Source of the DNA: Octopus sinensis
Taxonomy: Eukaryota
Assembly (NCBI RefSeq): GCF_006345805.1
Contig: NW_021833071.1
Coordinates: forward strand, 1 to 64,000
Direction: 5' to 3'
Length of the DNA: 64,000 nt
Shown one piece after another: positions 53,103 to 64,000 of this stretch. Below the pieces are notes generated by a model, which made no database searches, was not told where the DNA came from, and was given only the letters and a program-made list of their open reading frames with translations. The position numbers and the translations under genes are program-made. Each line of letters starts with the position of its first letter. The stretch's first letter is position 1.

Positions 53103-53840
53103 AAGGCGGCGAGCTGGTAGAAACGTTAGCACGCCGGGCAAAATGCTTAGCGGTATTTCGTCTGCCGTTACGTTCTGAGTTCAAATTCCGCCGAGGTCGT
53201 CTTTGCCTTTCATCCTTTCGATGTCGATTAAATAAGTACCAGTTACGCACTGGGGTCGATATAATCAACTTAATCCGTTTGTTTGTCCCATCTGTGTTTA
53301 GCCCCTTGTGGGTACTAAAGAAATAGGTATTTAGTCTGCCGCTACATTCTGAGTTCAAATTCCGCCGAGGTCGTCTTTGCCTTTCATCCTTTCGAGGTCG
53401 ATTAAATAAGTACCAGTTACGCACTGGTGTCGATATAATCGACTTAATCCGTTTGTTTGTCCATGCTTGTCCCCTCTGTGTTTAGCCCCTAGTGGGTACT
53501 AAAGAAATAGGTATTTAGTCTGCCGCTACGTTCTAAGTTCAAATTCCGCCGAGATCGACTTTGCCTTTCATCGTTTAAATAAGGGGTCGATTAAAGAAGT
53601 ACAAGTTACGCACGGGGTCGACTTAATCCGTTTGTCTATTCTTGTTTGTCCTCTCTGTGGGCAGTAAAGAAATAACAATCGTAAGTGTGCTGAGTAAAAT
53701 GCTTAACGTCATTTCATCTGTCTTTCCATTCTGAGTTCTAAATTCCACCTTTCATCCTTTTAATGTCGATAAAATAGTAACAGTTGAAAATTGGTACCGA
53801 TGTAATCGAATGACCCTCATACCGAAATTTGCCGGCCTTG
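53103..53840 (+). mobile_element. SINE family C tandem array (head plus ~4 units)
   Basis: Units start at 53153, 53327 and 53511, plus a diverged fourth. Confidence 0.9.
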
Positions 53841-54177
53841 GGCCAAAATTTGAAACCAGTTTTAGGGTTATATGGCTGCTCTTTCTAGCAAGTTTTAAAA
53901 ACACAAAGAAGCTCCCTAATATTATTATAATTGTTGCCACTGTTATTATTGCCAAATCTGATTGATTGGATGGATGTTTAAAATGTCCCAGCAATCGTCA
54001 TCCAGTTTCCTTTTGAAGCAGTTAGGCGTATAAACCTAAAGGCCCACACTGAAAGACTGTATAAATTCCGTTATCAGAAATGCATACCGATATGTTATTA
54101 AGGACCTCTAACAAATAAGAGAAGACCTGCCTTGTTAATGTTCATATAAAATGTGTGTGTCTGTGCGCATGTACGTG

Positions 54178-54202
<25 letters not shown>

Positions 54203-54208
<6 letters not shown>

Positions 54209-54422
54209 TAGAGGATTGACCACTAAAAATGGACAGGTTGTATGCTAGATATAGACGTCAAAATCGCCATTTTCCACGGAGAATGTGTTCTCAACAAAAA
54301 ATTCAGCAAAAAACCATAGCGTAAAAATAAGCAAGACAAATGAAAATAAATGAAATTGGCGATTTTGCCGTCTATATCTAACATAGAGGCTGTCTACTTT
54401 TAGTGGTGAATCTTCTAAATTT
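54203..54422. mobile_element. MITE-like element with ~70-bp imperfect TIRs
   Basis: aaatttagaggattgaccactaaaa..tagatatagacgtcaaaatcgcca / tggcgattttgccgtctatatcta..ttttagtggtgaatcttctaaattt. Confidence 0.6.
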
Positions 54423-54524
54423 TGTATGTAAAAAAACTTTTAACCTTCGGATTTTTAGAAAATATGCTAGACCACTGGTTTTAATTGATTAAAATCAATT
54501 TCTAACCCTATTTATTTAATTTTA

Positions 54525-54568
<44 letters not shown>

Positions 54569-54702
54569 TATTTCGGGTTGGTCTTTTCTTTAATTATTAT
54601 TATTTTTTATTAGTTTTTTGGCTGTTGCAAAATAAACACACGCACTATATGTTCATTCTTCACTCGCTTATTATTGTTCTTATTGTAATTCATGTCCATT
54701 GT

Positions 54703-54742
54703 CCGGAGATCTTTCGTCCCACATCTGTGACCTCTTCAGCAA
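54703..54742 (-). ncRNA. Hammerhead motif, core intact, weak stem I
   Basis: ttg CTGAAGA g gtc acagatgtgg gac GAAAG AT CTC cgg: palindromic AGAUCU stem III, CUC triplet; stem I is one G-C plus two U-G pairs. Confidence 0.6.
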
Positions 54743-55361
54743 TCCTTACCGTTCACGTTTGCTTTTTAAGCTGCTTAATTCATTCTGTCCTTCTATGATG
54801 TTTTTTTTTATCTGCGCATGTCTGTAACTTTATGTGAGCGGGCATATTTGTAAATACATGTATGTGTGTGTGTGTATGTGTGTGTGTGTGTGTGTGTCTT
54901 CTTCAAAGAGAAGAAAGCTCGTCAGTGTTCTACCAATATATTCAGGTAGGACATAGAGTTGCAGTTAATAATATAGAAGTTAAGGTACTATCAACGCATA
55001 GATCTGACACGACATTCAGACAGAATGCAGAGGCCAAACACATGGTAATAAATAGACCGAGCGCGTATAGAAAACACGAATAAAACAACAACACTGCCCA
55101 CGCAGCACGATCACTAACGAAGAAAGAGGGGGAAAATACAAACGGTGTAATACACACAAAAAACAAGCATGCACATATGTATGATGAATATAAGAAGTAA
55201 GATAAAGAGTTCTGTAGGTAAACAAAAACGAATCTATATAAAGGGAGTGGGTACAAACAACATAGTACGCAAGCCCTTAGAGACACACACAAACACACAT
55301 ACAGTAACTTCAGAGTATTGCTAAGAACAACATACAAGGCACAATGTACATACACACGGAC

Positions 55362-55402
<41 letters not shown>

Positions 55403-55412
55403 CACACGTACA

Positions 55413-55478
<66 letters not shown>

Positions 55479-56324
55479 GTGTGTGTGTGTGTAATTTAGA
55501 GAAAAAAACTCTATTAAACAATTCAATAAAGAAAGATGTTATTCACACCATATAGAAAACATATACTACAAAAAACATATACTATAAAAAAACCTTATTC
55601 TAAAAATCAATGAAGTACGATAAATAGTAAATAATAGCAGTAGTAAAAATACTACGCACGTTTCGTGGCTATATTTTCAAATAGATAATAACGTTCAAAT
55701 TCATTCGAACGAAAATTAATTCTATTTAAAAATATAGTGACACATCAGCTCTAATATAATGAATGATAAAAAATAATAATAGAATAAATGTACTTATCTT
55801 AACTTATGCTAATTATCAAATAAATATATTAAAAAAACACGTGCATTAACTATAAATAATCGAAAAGTATTTAACAATATTTCTTAAAATAAAAATTAAA
55901 ATATAACTTATCAAAGGATTTTCGAAAAATACACATTAAGTACAAGACACAACCAACGAGCGAAAAACATGTAAACACATAACGAGAGATAAGTACAGGA
56001 CACAATACCAATAGAAGTATAACTCTTCCTCAGTTGTGGACTGTTTATTAGTCCCTATTTCGAGCTTTCAACGTCAAGATAGAAAACTTCATGAGAATTT
56101 TTAAAATATATAATTTGTTGAGAGTTAAGGCTTCGAATAAACAAATAGCAGTAGGGTGGACGTACAGAGTAAAAAATCAACAAAGGTAAAGAGTAAGGGC
56201 CGTTAGGCAAACACATACTGCAACGGGTAGATATTTGGAAGGATATAGTATAAATAGAAGAGAAGAAAATAGCAGTAGAGAAAATATGTCAGGAGGCGAG
56301 AGAAATTAGGTCCAGTTAAGTGGA

Positions 56325-56555
56325 GGTTGCGTCCAGAAAAGACAGAGGTGAGAGAAATGGCCTGTAGTCACGTGAGCAGAGGGAAAGGAGGACAAGAGAG
56401 AAGATAAGAGATTGTGTATCTTTGATATTCTATCATACATTGGTCTCTCGTGTGTTTACGTGCTTTTCGCTCGTTGGTGGCCTCATGTAATTAATGTGTA
56501 TTTTTATTTAATTATAATTGAACGTCAGGCAGCCTTGTCCACAGTCAGTTGTTAC

Positions 56556-56637
<82 letters not shown>

Positions 56638-56747
56638 TATATTTAATAAGCATAACAAATGGCGCAAACGGTAAAAAGAACTTTCACCTAATAAATTACT
56701 TAAATTACTTCATTATTTGTCAGCATTTTCTTCATTTCCTTTTTTAC

Positions 56748-56788
<41 letters not shown>

Positions 56789-56807
56789 ATAATATAATAT
56801 ATATATT

Positions 56808-56845
<38 letters not shown>

Positions 56846-56852
56846 ATGTATG

Positions 56853-56884
<32 letters not shown>

Positions 56885-57121
56885 TATACACGTAACAACT
56901 GACTGTGGACAAGGCTGCCTGACGTTCAATTATAATTAAATAAAATACACGTTAATTACATGAGGCCACCAACGAGCGAAAAGACGTAAACTCACGAGAG
57001 ACCAATGTATGATAGAATATCACAAAATACACAATCTCTTATCCTCTCTCTTGTCCTCCTTTCCCTCTGCTCACGTGACTACAGGCCATTTCTCTTACCT
57101 CTGTCTTTTCTGAACGCAACC
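56325..57121. repeat. Long inverted repeat, ~236-bp arms around a (TA)n-rich spacer
   Basis: 56325-56560 is the reverse complement of 56887-57121, with scattered mismatches. Confidence 0.93.
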
Positions 57122-57143
57122 CCCACATAAACATATGTATATA

Positions 57144-57194
<51 letters not shown>

Positions 57195-57253
57195 TATATA
57201 ATATACACACATATTATATACATTGTGAAGCATGACTGTCACCACAATTACAA

Positions 57254-57298
57254 TGAACCTGAAGATTGCAGAATTTAATGCATGAAAGTACTACTTCA
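57254..57298 (+). ncRNA. Minimal hammerhead motif, tandem copy 1
   Basis: tgaac CTGAAGA ttgca gaatttaa tgcat GAAAG TA CTA cttca: core intact, palindromic AGUACU stem III, C.C mismatch at the base of stem I. Confidence 0.65.
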
Positions 57299-57546
57299 AT
57301 AAGTATGAACATTTAACATTCTACTATTTTATTTTATTTATTAATTATATTATATTATCTTATAACATATCATTATCAAATAGTAAATAAAACGTGAAAA
57401 TCAGACAAGGTTGGAGTTCCTTATTAATTATTCTTTATACACACAATCACCACACCCATAATATATATATATATATATATATATAATATAATATATACAC
57501 ACAGATATATTACATTGTGAAGCATGACTGTCCACCACAATTACAA

Positions 57547-57591
57547 TGAACCTGAAGATTGCAGAATTTAATGCATGAAAGTACTACTTCA
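57547..57591 (+). ncRNA. Minimal hammerhead motif, tandem copy 2
   Basis: Identical to 57254-57298. Confidence 0.65.
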
Positions 57592-58931
57592 ATAAGTATG
57601 AATCATTTAACATTCTACTATTTTATTTTAATTTATATAATTTATTATATTATCTTATTAACATATCATTATCAAATAGTAAATAAAACGTGAAAATCAG
57701 ACAAGGTTGGAGTTCCTTTTATTAATATATTCTTCTATACACAATCACACACACCCATATATATATATATATATATATACATATATGTATATGTAATATT
57801 TATATATACATATACATATATAAATATGCTTGTATTATTGATTTCTTTATATCTTTAGATTTTTTACATTTTTGTTTAAGTGGGGAGGTGAGCTTATAGT
57901 TTGATATATATGAGGATGAATAGATACTTTGGTTTGCATTTCGATAGGAAGGTATATGCAGAAGACAGGTAGATAAATTGACAGAGATGTCGCGAGCTCA
58001 GGAGGTTATATGATATATATATATCATATGATATATGTCATGTCCATCCCCCAGTTGTAGGTTATGTGCCTACAGCTATTTGAGTTTGACGAGTTATCTA
58101 TATGGCTATGGGCTTTATAGTTGTGAAACCAATGGTCACTCTTTGTCCGGCTGTAACAATGAACTTCGCATGTGTGTATATACCTGTATATATACGTGAT
58201 TATATATACAGTTTCGTAACCTACTAAACTTCGGTAGCTAGACAGATAGGTGTGCGTGCCATTAGGTAGCTTAATAGGCGAGTAAATATACAAGTTTGAA
58301 TTTTGATAGAGACTTTAGGTAGATATAAACTTGGTTAGCTAGATCATGAATACGTAGATGGATAGAACAGTAGCTGGATAAAATGGTCCGTAAAAAGGTA
58401 TATATTGAAAAATATGCATACATCGGTAGACAGGTATATAGGCACGTATGCAGATGGGTAGGCAAATAAAAAATGGGATACACGATTAAGTATTTTGATA
58501 GGTGAGTATATATATATAGGTAGCTGGGTAGAGAAAATTACACGGGTACAGTAACTTTTTCTACAACTCCGGTTTGCCTTCTTTTTCTTCTCTTCCTCTT
58601 CTTCTTCTTTTTCTACTACTACTACTACTACTTCTTCTACTTATATTTTTTCTTCTTCTCCTTCTTCTTCTAATTCTTCTTCTTCTCCTTCTTCTTCTAA
58701 TTCTTCTTCTTCTCCTTCTTCTTCTTCTACTTCTTCTTCTTCTGCTTCCTCTCCCTTCTCCACCACCTCATTCTCATTCTTCCTCTCTTCCTTCTCCTCC
58801 TCATTCTACACCACGAGCGATTACCAGTATTTCTAATATTCTAACAAAAATAACATTATGAACATCATAATTAAGAATTATTTCTACAAGCAACAGCAGA
58901 AGCAGCAGCAGCAGCAGCACCAGCGGCAGCC

Positions 58932-59008
<77 letters not shown>

Positions 59009-60044
59009 TAGTGTTGCTGCTCCTTTCTCTTGGAATGAGACTAAATGTGTTTATTTAGATTACATCATCTGCAGTTTGGTACACAGTATAATTAATCTTG
59101 ATTGTTTTTGGCAAAGTACCGCTGCTACATTCAATGACTGCGAGATATCTTTACTCATATCAGAGAACGTGTGGTTCCACTGCGATTCAATGCATGATAA
59201 TCTTTATCTAAGTCATATGTTCTCATTAACTTTGATTTACAACGCAATAACTTTCCAACAACATTAAATGTTATTACATACATATAACAGTTAAGTGGCG
59301 GCTAACATACTTTATGCAGTGAGACATCAAAAAAACTAAAACAGAGAAACTAAAAAATGACTGTAAATAAAGAAAATTAGTCACCCTAGTCTACAACCAT
59401 AAATGAAAAGAAAAATTACTAGCGTTACTAATAATTCTTGTGGAGAAGGTTACGAGATGCATCACCGTAGTACAAATTAATCACAAACCGATTTAGAAAA
59501 CGCAGTGGGGAGAGAGTTCGGTCTTTGTAGCAGTTCTTTTGTAGTATATTGGATGAATAAGCTCTTTGATGTTATGTATATAAAACACCGTCTTTCGCTT
59601 TATTTCTTTATTTATTTATCTATTATTATTTTTTGCGGTTTTTTTTTATTCAAAGTCTTAGCTCCGAAAAAGCAGTCAACGTTGTTTGATATAATATTGC
59701 CTAAACTCGTTGTTCTGTAATGCCAGTGTTTTCTAAGCTCATTGTTTTAATTGCTCAATCTCAGTGGTAAACACATTCAACCCCTCTACCGGAGCATCTA
59801 ACGATAGAAGTAGCATTGTAAAATGAACGATTGTTTTAATGGTACGATGTAGTACATTCAACGTACACTATTGTTTTTGCCTAACAAAAATACCATCGAC
59901 TGAGCAAAACTCTAATCAATGAACACACAAAACACACGCACACACACATCCCTACATATACAAATATATCATTAACCGCGTTGTTCGTCGAATTTTTCCT
60001 CTATCAAGGCAGAGAGAGATTTAGGTTGATGCCGATGTTATTCT

Positions 60045-60825
60045 TATTTCTTTATTGCCCACAAGGGGCTAAACATAGAGGGGACAACAAGATACAGACA
60101 AAGGGATTAAGTCGATTGCATCGACCCCAGTGCGTAACTGGTACTTAATTTATCGACCCCGAAAGGATGTAAGGCAAAGTCGACCTCGGCGGAATTTGAA
60201 CTCAGAACGTAACGGCAAACGAAATACCTATTTCTTTACTACCCACTAGGGGCTAAACACAGAGAGGACAAACGAGGACAGACAAACGGATTAAGTTCGT
60301 TAAATTCGTCCCAAGTACATAACTGGTACTTAATTTATCGTCCTAGAAAGGATGAAAAACAAAGTCAACTTCGGCGGAATTTGAACTCAGAACGTAAAGG
60401 CAGACGAAATACATATTTCCTTACTACCCACAAGGGGCTAAACACAAAGATACAAATAAGGACAGACAAACGGATTAAGTCAAATATATCGACCTCAGGG
60501 CGTAACTTGTACTTAATTTATCGACCCCGAAAGGATGTAAGGCAAAGTCGACCTCGGCGGAATTTGAACTCAGAACGTAACGGCAAACGAAATACCTATT
60601 TCTTTACTACCCACTAGGGGCTAAACACAGAGAGGACAAACGAGGACAGACAAACGGATTAAGTCGATTAAATTCGTCCCAAGTACATAACTGGTACTTA
60701 ATTTATCGACCCCCGAAAGGATGAAAGATAAAGTCAACCTCGGCGGAATTTTGAACTCAGAACGTAGCGGCAGACGAAATACTGCTCAGCATTTCTCCCA
60801 GCGTGCTAACGATTCTCCCAGCTAT
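60045..60825 (-). mobile_element. SINE family C tandem array (head plus 4 units)
   Basis: Unit junctions near 60225, 60410, 60592 and 60780; head at 60780-60825. Confidence 0.9.
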
Positions 60826-61204
60826 TCTTAGCACAACAGCTATACATATACAGAATCCTTTTGTTAGTTAGTACATTACCAGGGTCATTCTTATAAAAAC
60901 ATTGCATGTATCCTAAAAGAAAACTTCAACATTATATTGTATCGTTCAGTAGTAAAAATTTCACTGAATATAGTCTGTACTGCAGTCTACTAATAATTTC
61001 CATTCATCTCACTGCGATGACATAAAAGTGTTTCATTTTGACATTTGGAACTTTATCAGTATATTTTCATTAAAACATGTTATATAATTTGGCCTAGCAT
61101 TCATTAAACGAACGGTAAGGCAAATAGCAAAAACAACAACAACAACACCAATGATGATAATAATAAGAATAGTAATAATTACAACAGCAAAAGACAACAG
61201 CAAC

Positions 61205-61240
61205 AATGATGATGATGATGACGACGACGACGACGACGAC

Positions 61241-61272
<32 letters not shown>

Positions 61273-61760
61273 CGATGATGATGATGATGATGATTATGAT
61301 AATGATGATAATGATGATGATGATGATGATGATGATTATGATAATGATGATAATGATGATGATGATGATGATGATGATTATGATGACGATGATGATGATG
61401 ATGATGATGATTATGATAATGATGATAATGATGATGATGATGATGATGATGATTATGATAATGATGATAATGATGATGATGATAATGATGATGATGATGT
61501 TGATGATGATGATGATGATGATATAGATGATTATGATGATGATGATGTTGATGATGATGATGACAACGACGACGACGACGATGATGATGATGATGATGAT
61601 GATGATGGTGATGATGGCGATGATGATGATGTTGATGATGACGATGATGATGATGTTTATGACGATGATGATTGCGATGATGATGATGATGTTTATATGA
61701 TGATGATGATGGTGCTGCTGATGATAATGATGATGACGATGATGATGATGATGTTGATGA
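61205..61760. repeat. (GAT)n/(GAC)n compound microsatellite
   Basis: Direct reading. Confidence 0.95.
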
Positions 61761-62346
61761 TATTAATAAAGAAGATAACGATAAATTAAAATACTAATTT
61801 TTAACTTTTATTTTACTTGAAATTAAGATAATTTATCATTTTTTTCCCCTTGTTGAAAGTAATAAAATGTTAACATTTGATATATTTTAATATTTTTCAA
61901 TAAGAACTGTATAGTTTAATGCATGATATTTTACTTTCTCTATCTACACTTTCTTTCCTCCTTTCTTTCTTTCTTTCTTTCTTTCCCCTTGCCGTTTCTT
62001 CCTCTGGTATAATTTTTTATTTTCTTCGTGTTGTAAATTAATAAAGAAATTTTTACTTTGATGAAAGAAAGATATATTAGGAACGTATTGGTAATTGTGC
62101 TACTAAGTTATCTCCCCTGCAGTAATTTCCCGCTCATAAATAATACGATAGTGTCAGCCGGCCTTTGTCGACAGACAGCTTATCCGATTATGAGACTCTT
62201 CCACACAAGCTAGTTGAATTTAGTATTACAGTCATATACGTAATTAGTAATCAGACTATAACACATATTTGTGACGTTTGTATTGCTATGGTTGCTGTTC
62301 ATGTTGTTGATGACAATGATGAAAGTGTTGATGATAATGACAATGC

Positions 62347-62940
62347 TACGAGCTGGCAGAAACCATAGCACGCCGGGCGAAATGCTTAGCAGTATTTCGT
62401 CTGCCGCTAGGTTCTGAGTTCAAATTCCGCCGAGGTCGACTTTGCCTTTCATCCTTTCGGGGATCGATTAAATAAGTACCAGTTACGCACTGGGGTCGAT
62501 ATAATCGATTTAATCCCTTTGTCTGCCCCTGTTTGTCCTCTCAGTGTTTAGCCCCTTGTGGGTAGTTAAGAAATAGGTATTTCGTTTGCCGCTACGTTCT
62601 GAGTTCAAATTTTGCCGAAGTCGACTTTGCCTTTGATCCTTTCGGGGTCGATTAAATAAGTACCAGCTACGCACTGGGATCGATATAATCGACTCAATCC
62701 GTCTGTCTGTCCTTGTTTGTCCTCTCAGTGTTTAGCCCCTTGTGGGCAGCAAAGAAACAGGTATTTCGTATGCCTTACATTCTAAGTTCAAATTCCGCCG
62801 AGGTCGACTTTGCTTTTGATCCTTTTAGGGTCGATAATTTAAGTACCAGTTACGCACTGGAGTAGATATAATCGACTTAATCCGTTTGTCTGTCCTTGTT
62901 TATCCCCCTCTGTGTTTAGCCCCTTGGGGGCAGGAAAGAA
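62347..62940 (+). mobile_element. SINE family C tandem array (head plus 3 units)
   Basis: Units start at 62392, 62577 and 62761. Confidence 0.9.
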
Positions 62941-63499
62941 ATAGATAATAACAATGCTGATGGCGATGACGACGATGATGACGATGATGATGATGGATGG
63001 GTATGATGACGCGACGAAGACGACGATGACGATGATGATGATGATGAGTCATGATAAAGAAGAAGAAGAAGAAGACCACGACAACGACGACGACGACGAT
63101 GATGATGATGATGATGATGATGATTGTAGTGGTGCGGTTGACTGTGTTGTTGGTTACGACCACAACCATACTGATGCTAGTGATGGCGTTGATGTGATTC
63201 CAGTCGGCCCTAAATTTACAAACTTAAGATCAAACTCATTTCAACCTTTGTTATTCAAGATTTTATGTTTAACACATCTAGAAACTTCATTAGTCAATGT
63301 AGTCGAAAATAAAAAACCGACACATCTGAAATGGCTGGAATGGGGGTCCCTCCGTAGCACCTCTGGAGCAAAGTTTTTCGACAGAGTGTGTCGAAATCAG
63401 ACAGGGTGTGTCGAAATTTGGTGTGTTGACAAGGTGTTTCGAAATTTGGGGAGATGAGAAATCCTCCCCAAATCGTGACACTAATTCTGCACGTTGAGA

Positions 63500-63745
63500 G
63501 TAAGTAATTCCGGTACTACAGTCACGTGATTAGAATATCACTGGAAGGAATCGGTAGGTGGATTCTTTCAAGTGACCCAATTGGTAGATGGCCTCGGTGA
63601 AGACCAAGAATGAGAAGGTTGGATAATATTCCAATGTTTTAGGTGGTCACGCCTGGGAATTGAGCCGGAAACTGGAATGATGGTTACTTCTGGCTGAAAC
63701 CGATGGAGGAGGTGCCTATGTACTCTCTCACCACGACAATGTCAG
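63500..63745 (+). mobile_element. RTE-clade LINE 3' remnant
   Basis: SHVIRI..GRWPR*RPRMRRLDNI resembles the RTE motif GHV.RM..GRRPRGRPR.RW.D. Confidence 0.55.
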
Positions 63746-63754
63746 GGATAAGTG

Positions 63755-63990
63755 GACAGAGATGTTTGCTGGCTGGTATGCGGTAATTCGTCTGCCGTTA
63801 CGTTGTGAGTTCAAATTTCGCCGAGGTCGACTTTGCCTTTCATCCTTTCGGGGTCGATAAATTAAGTAACACTTGCACACTGGGGTCGATGTAATCGACT
63901 TAATACCTATGTCCATCCCTGTTTGTCCCCTCTGTGTTTAGACCCTTGTGGGTAGTAAAGAAATAGGTATGTAGTCTGGCTGGCAAGCTA
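63755..63990 (+). mobile_element. SINE family C
   Basis: tcgtctgccgttacgttgtgagttcaaatttcgccgaggtcgactttgcctttcatcc..gtagtaaagaaataggtat. Confidence 0.85.
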
Positions 63991-64000
63991 GCTTGCTGAA

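Larger units (their letters stand above)
57195..57765 (+). repeat. Tandem direct duplication, period 293 bp
   Basis: Two copies differing mostly by 1-bp indels. Confidence 0.92.

Noticed and set aside
53103-53840. Regularly spaced repeats that could be mistaken for a CRISPR array
   Set aside because: Units are ~185-bp SINE multimers without unique spacers; the context is eukaryotic and no cas genes are present.
61151-61789. 212-aa poly-Asp ORF resembling an acidic biomineralisation protein
   Set aside because: It is a pure (GAT)n/(GAC)n microsatellite with no signal peptide or splice context; similar tracts occur at 16.1 kb and 63.0 kb.

Overview
AT-rich eukaryotic genomic DNA, dense in (TA)n, (TAA)n, (GAT)n and (TACA)n microsatellites. 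The repeat landscape suggests a cephalopod, probably Octopus (inference). No host gene can be identified with confidence, and almost all ORFs in the track are microsatellite read-throughs. Recognisable content is mobile DNA: (1) a near full-length R4/Dong-clade non-LTR retrotransposon (46205-50172, minus) and a 5'-truncated sister copy (26334-28209), both embedded in (TAA)n; (2) Penelope-like element (PLE) remnants with GIY-YIG endonuclease sequence; (3) seven minimal type I hammerhead ribozyme motifs of several sequence families, including a canonical pair inside a near-perfect 344-bp palindrome (35431-35774) and a tandem pair in a 293-bp direct repeat (57.2-57.8 kb); (4) an internally deleted mariner carrying a ~455-bp insertion that matches, inverted, a locus 5 kb away; (5) a DD41D Tc1/mariner remnant; (6) non-autonomous Helitrons, one pair head-to-tail; (7) three tRNA-derived SINE groups, one modular and one forming ~185-bp tandem arrays; (8) CR1, RTE and L1/Tx1 fragments; (9) several long foldback palindromes. 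A few weak exon candidates are reported at low confidence. All calls were made by eye, without database searches.
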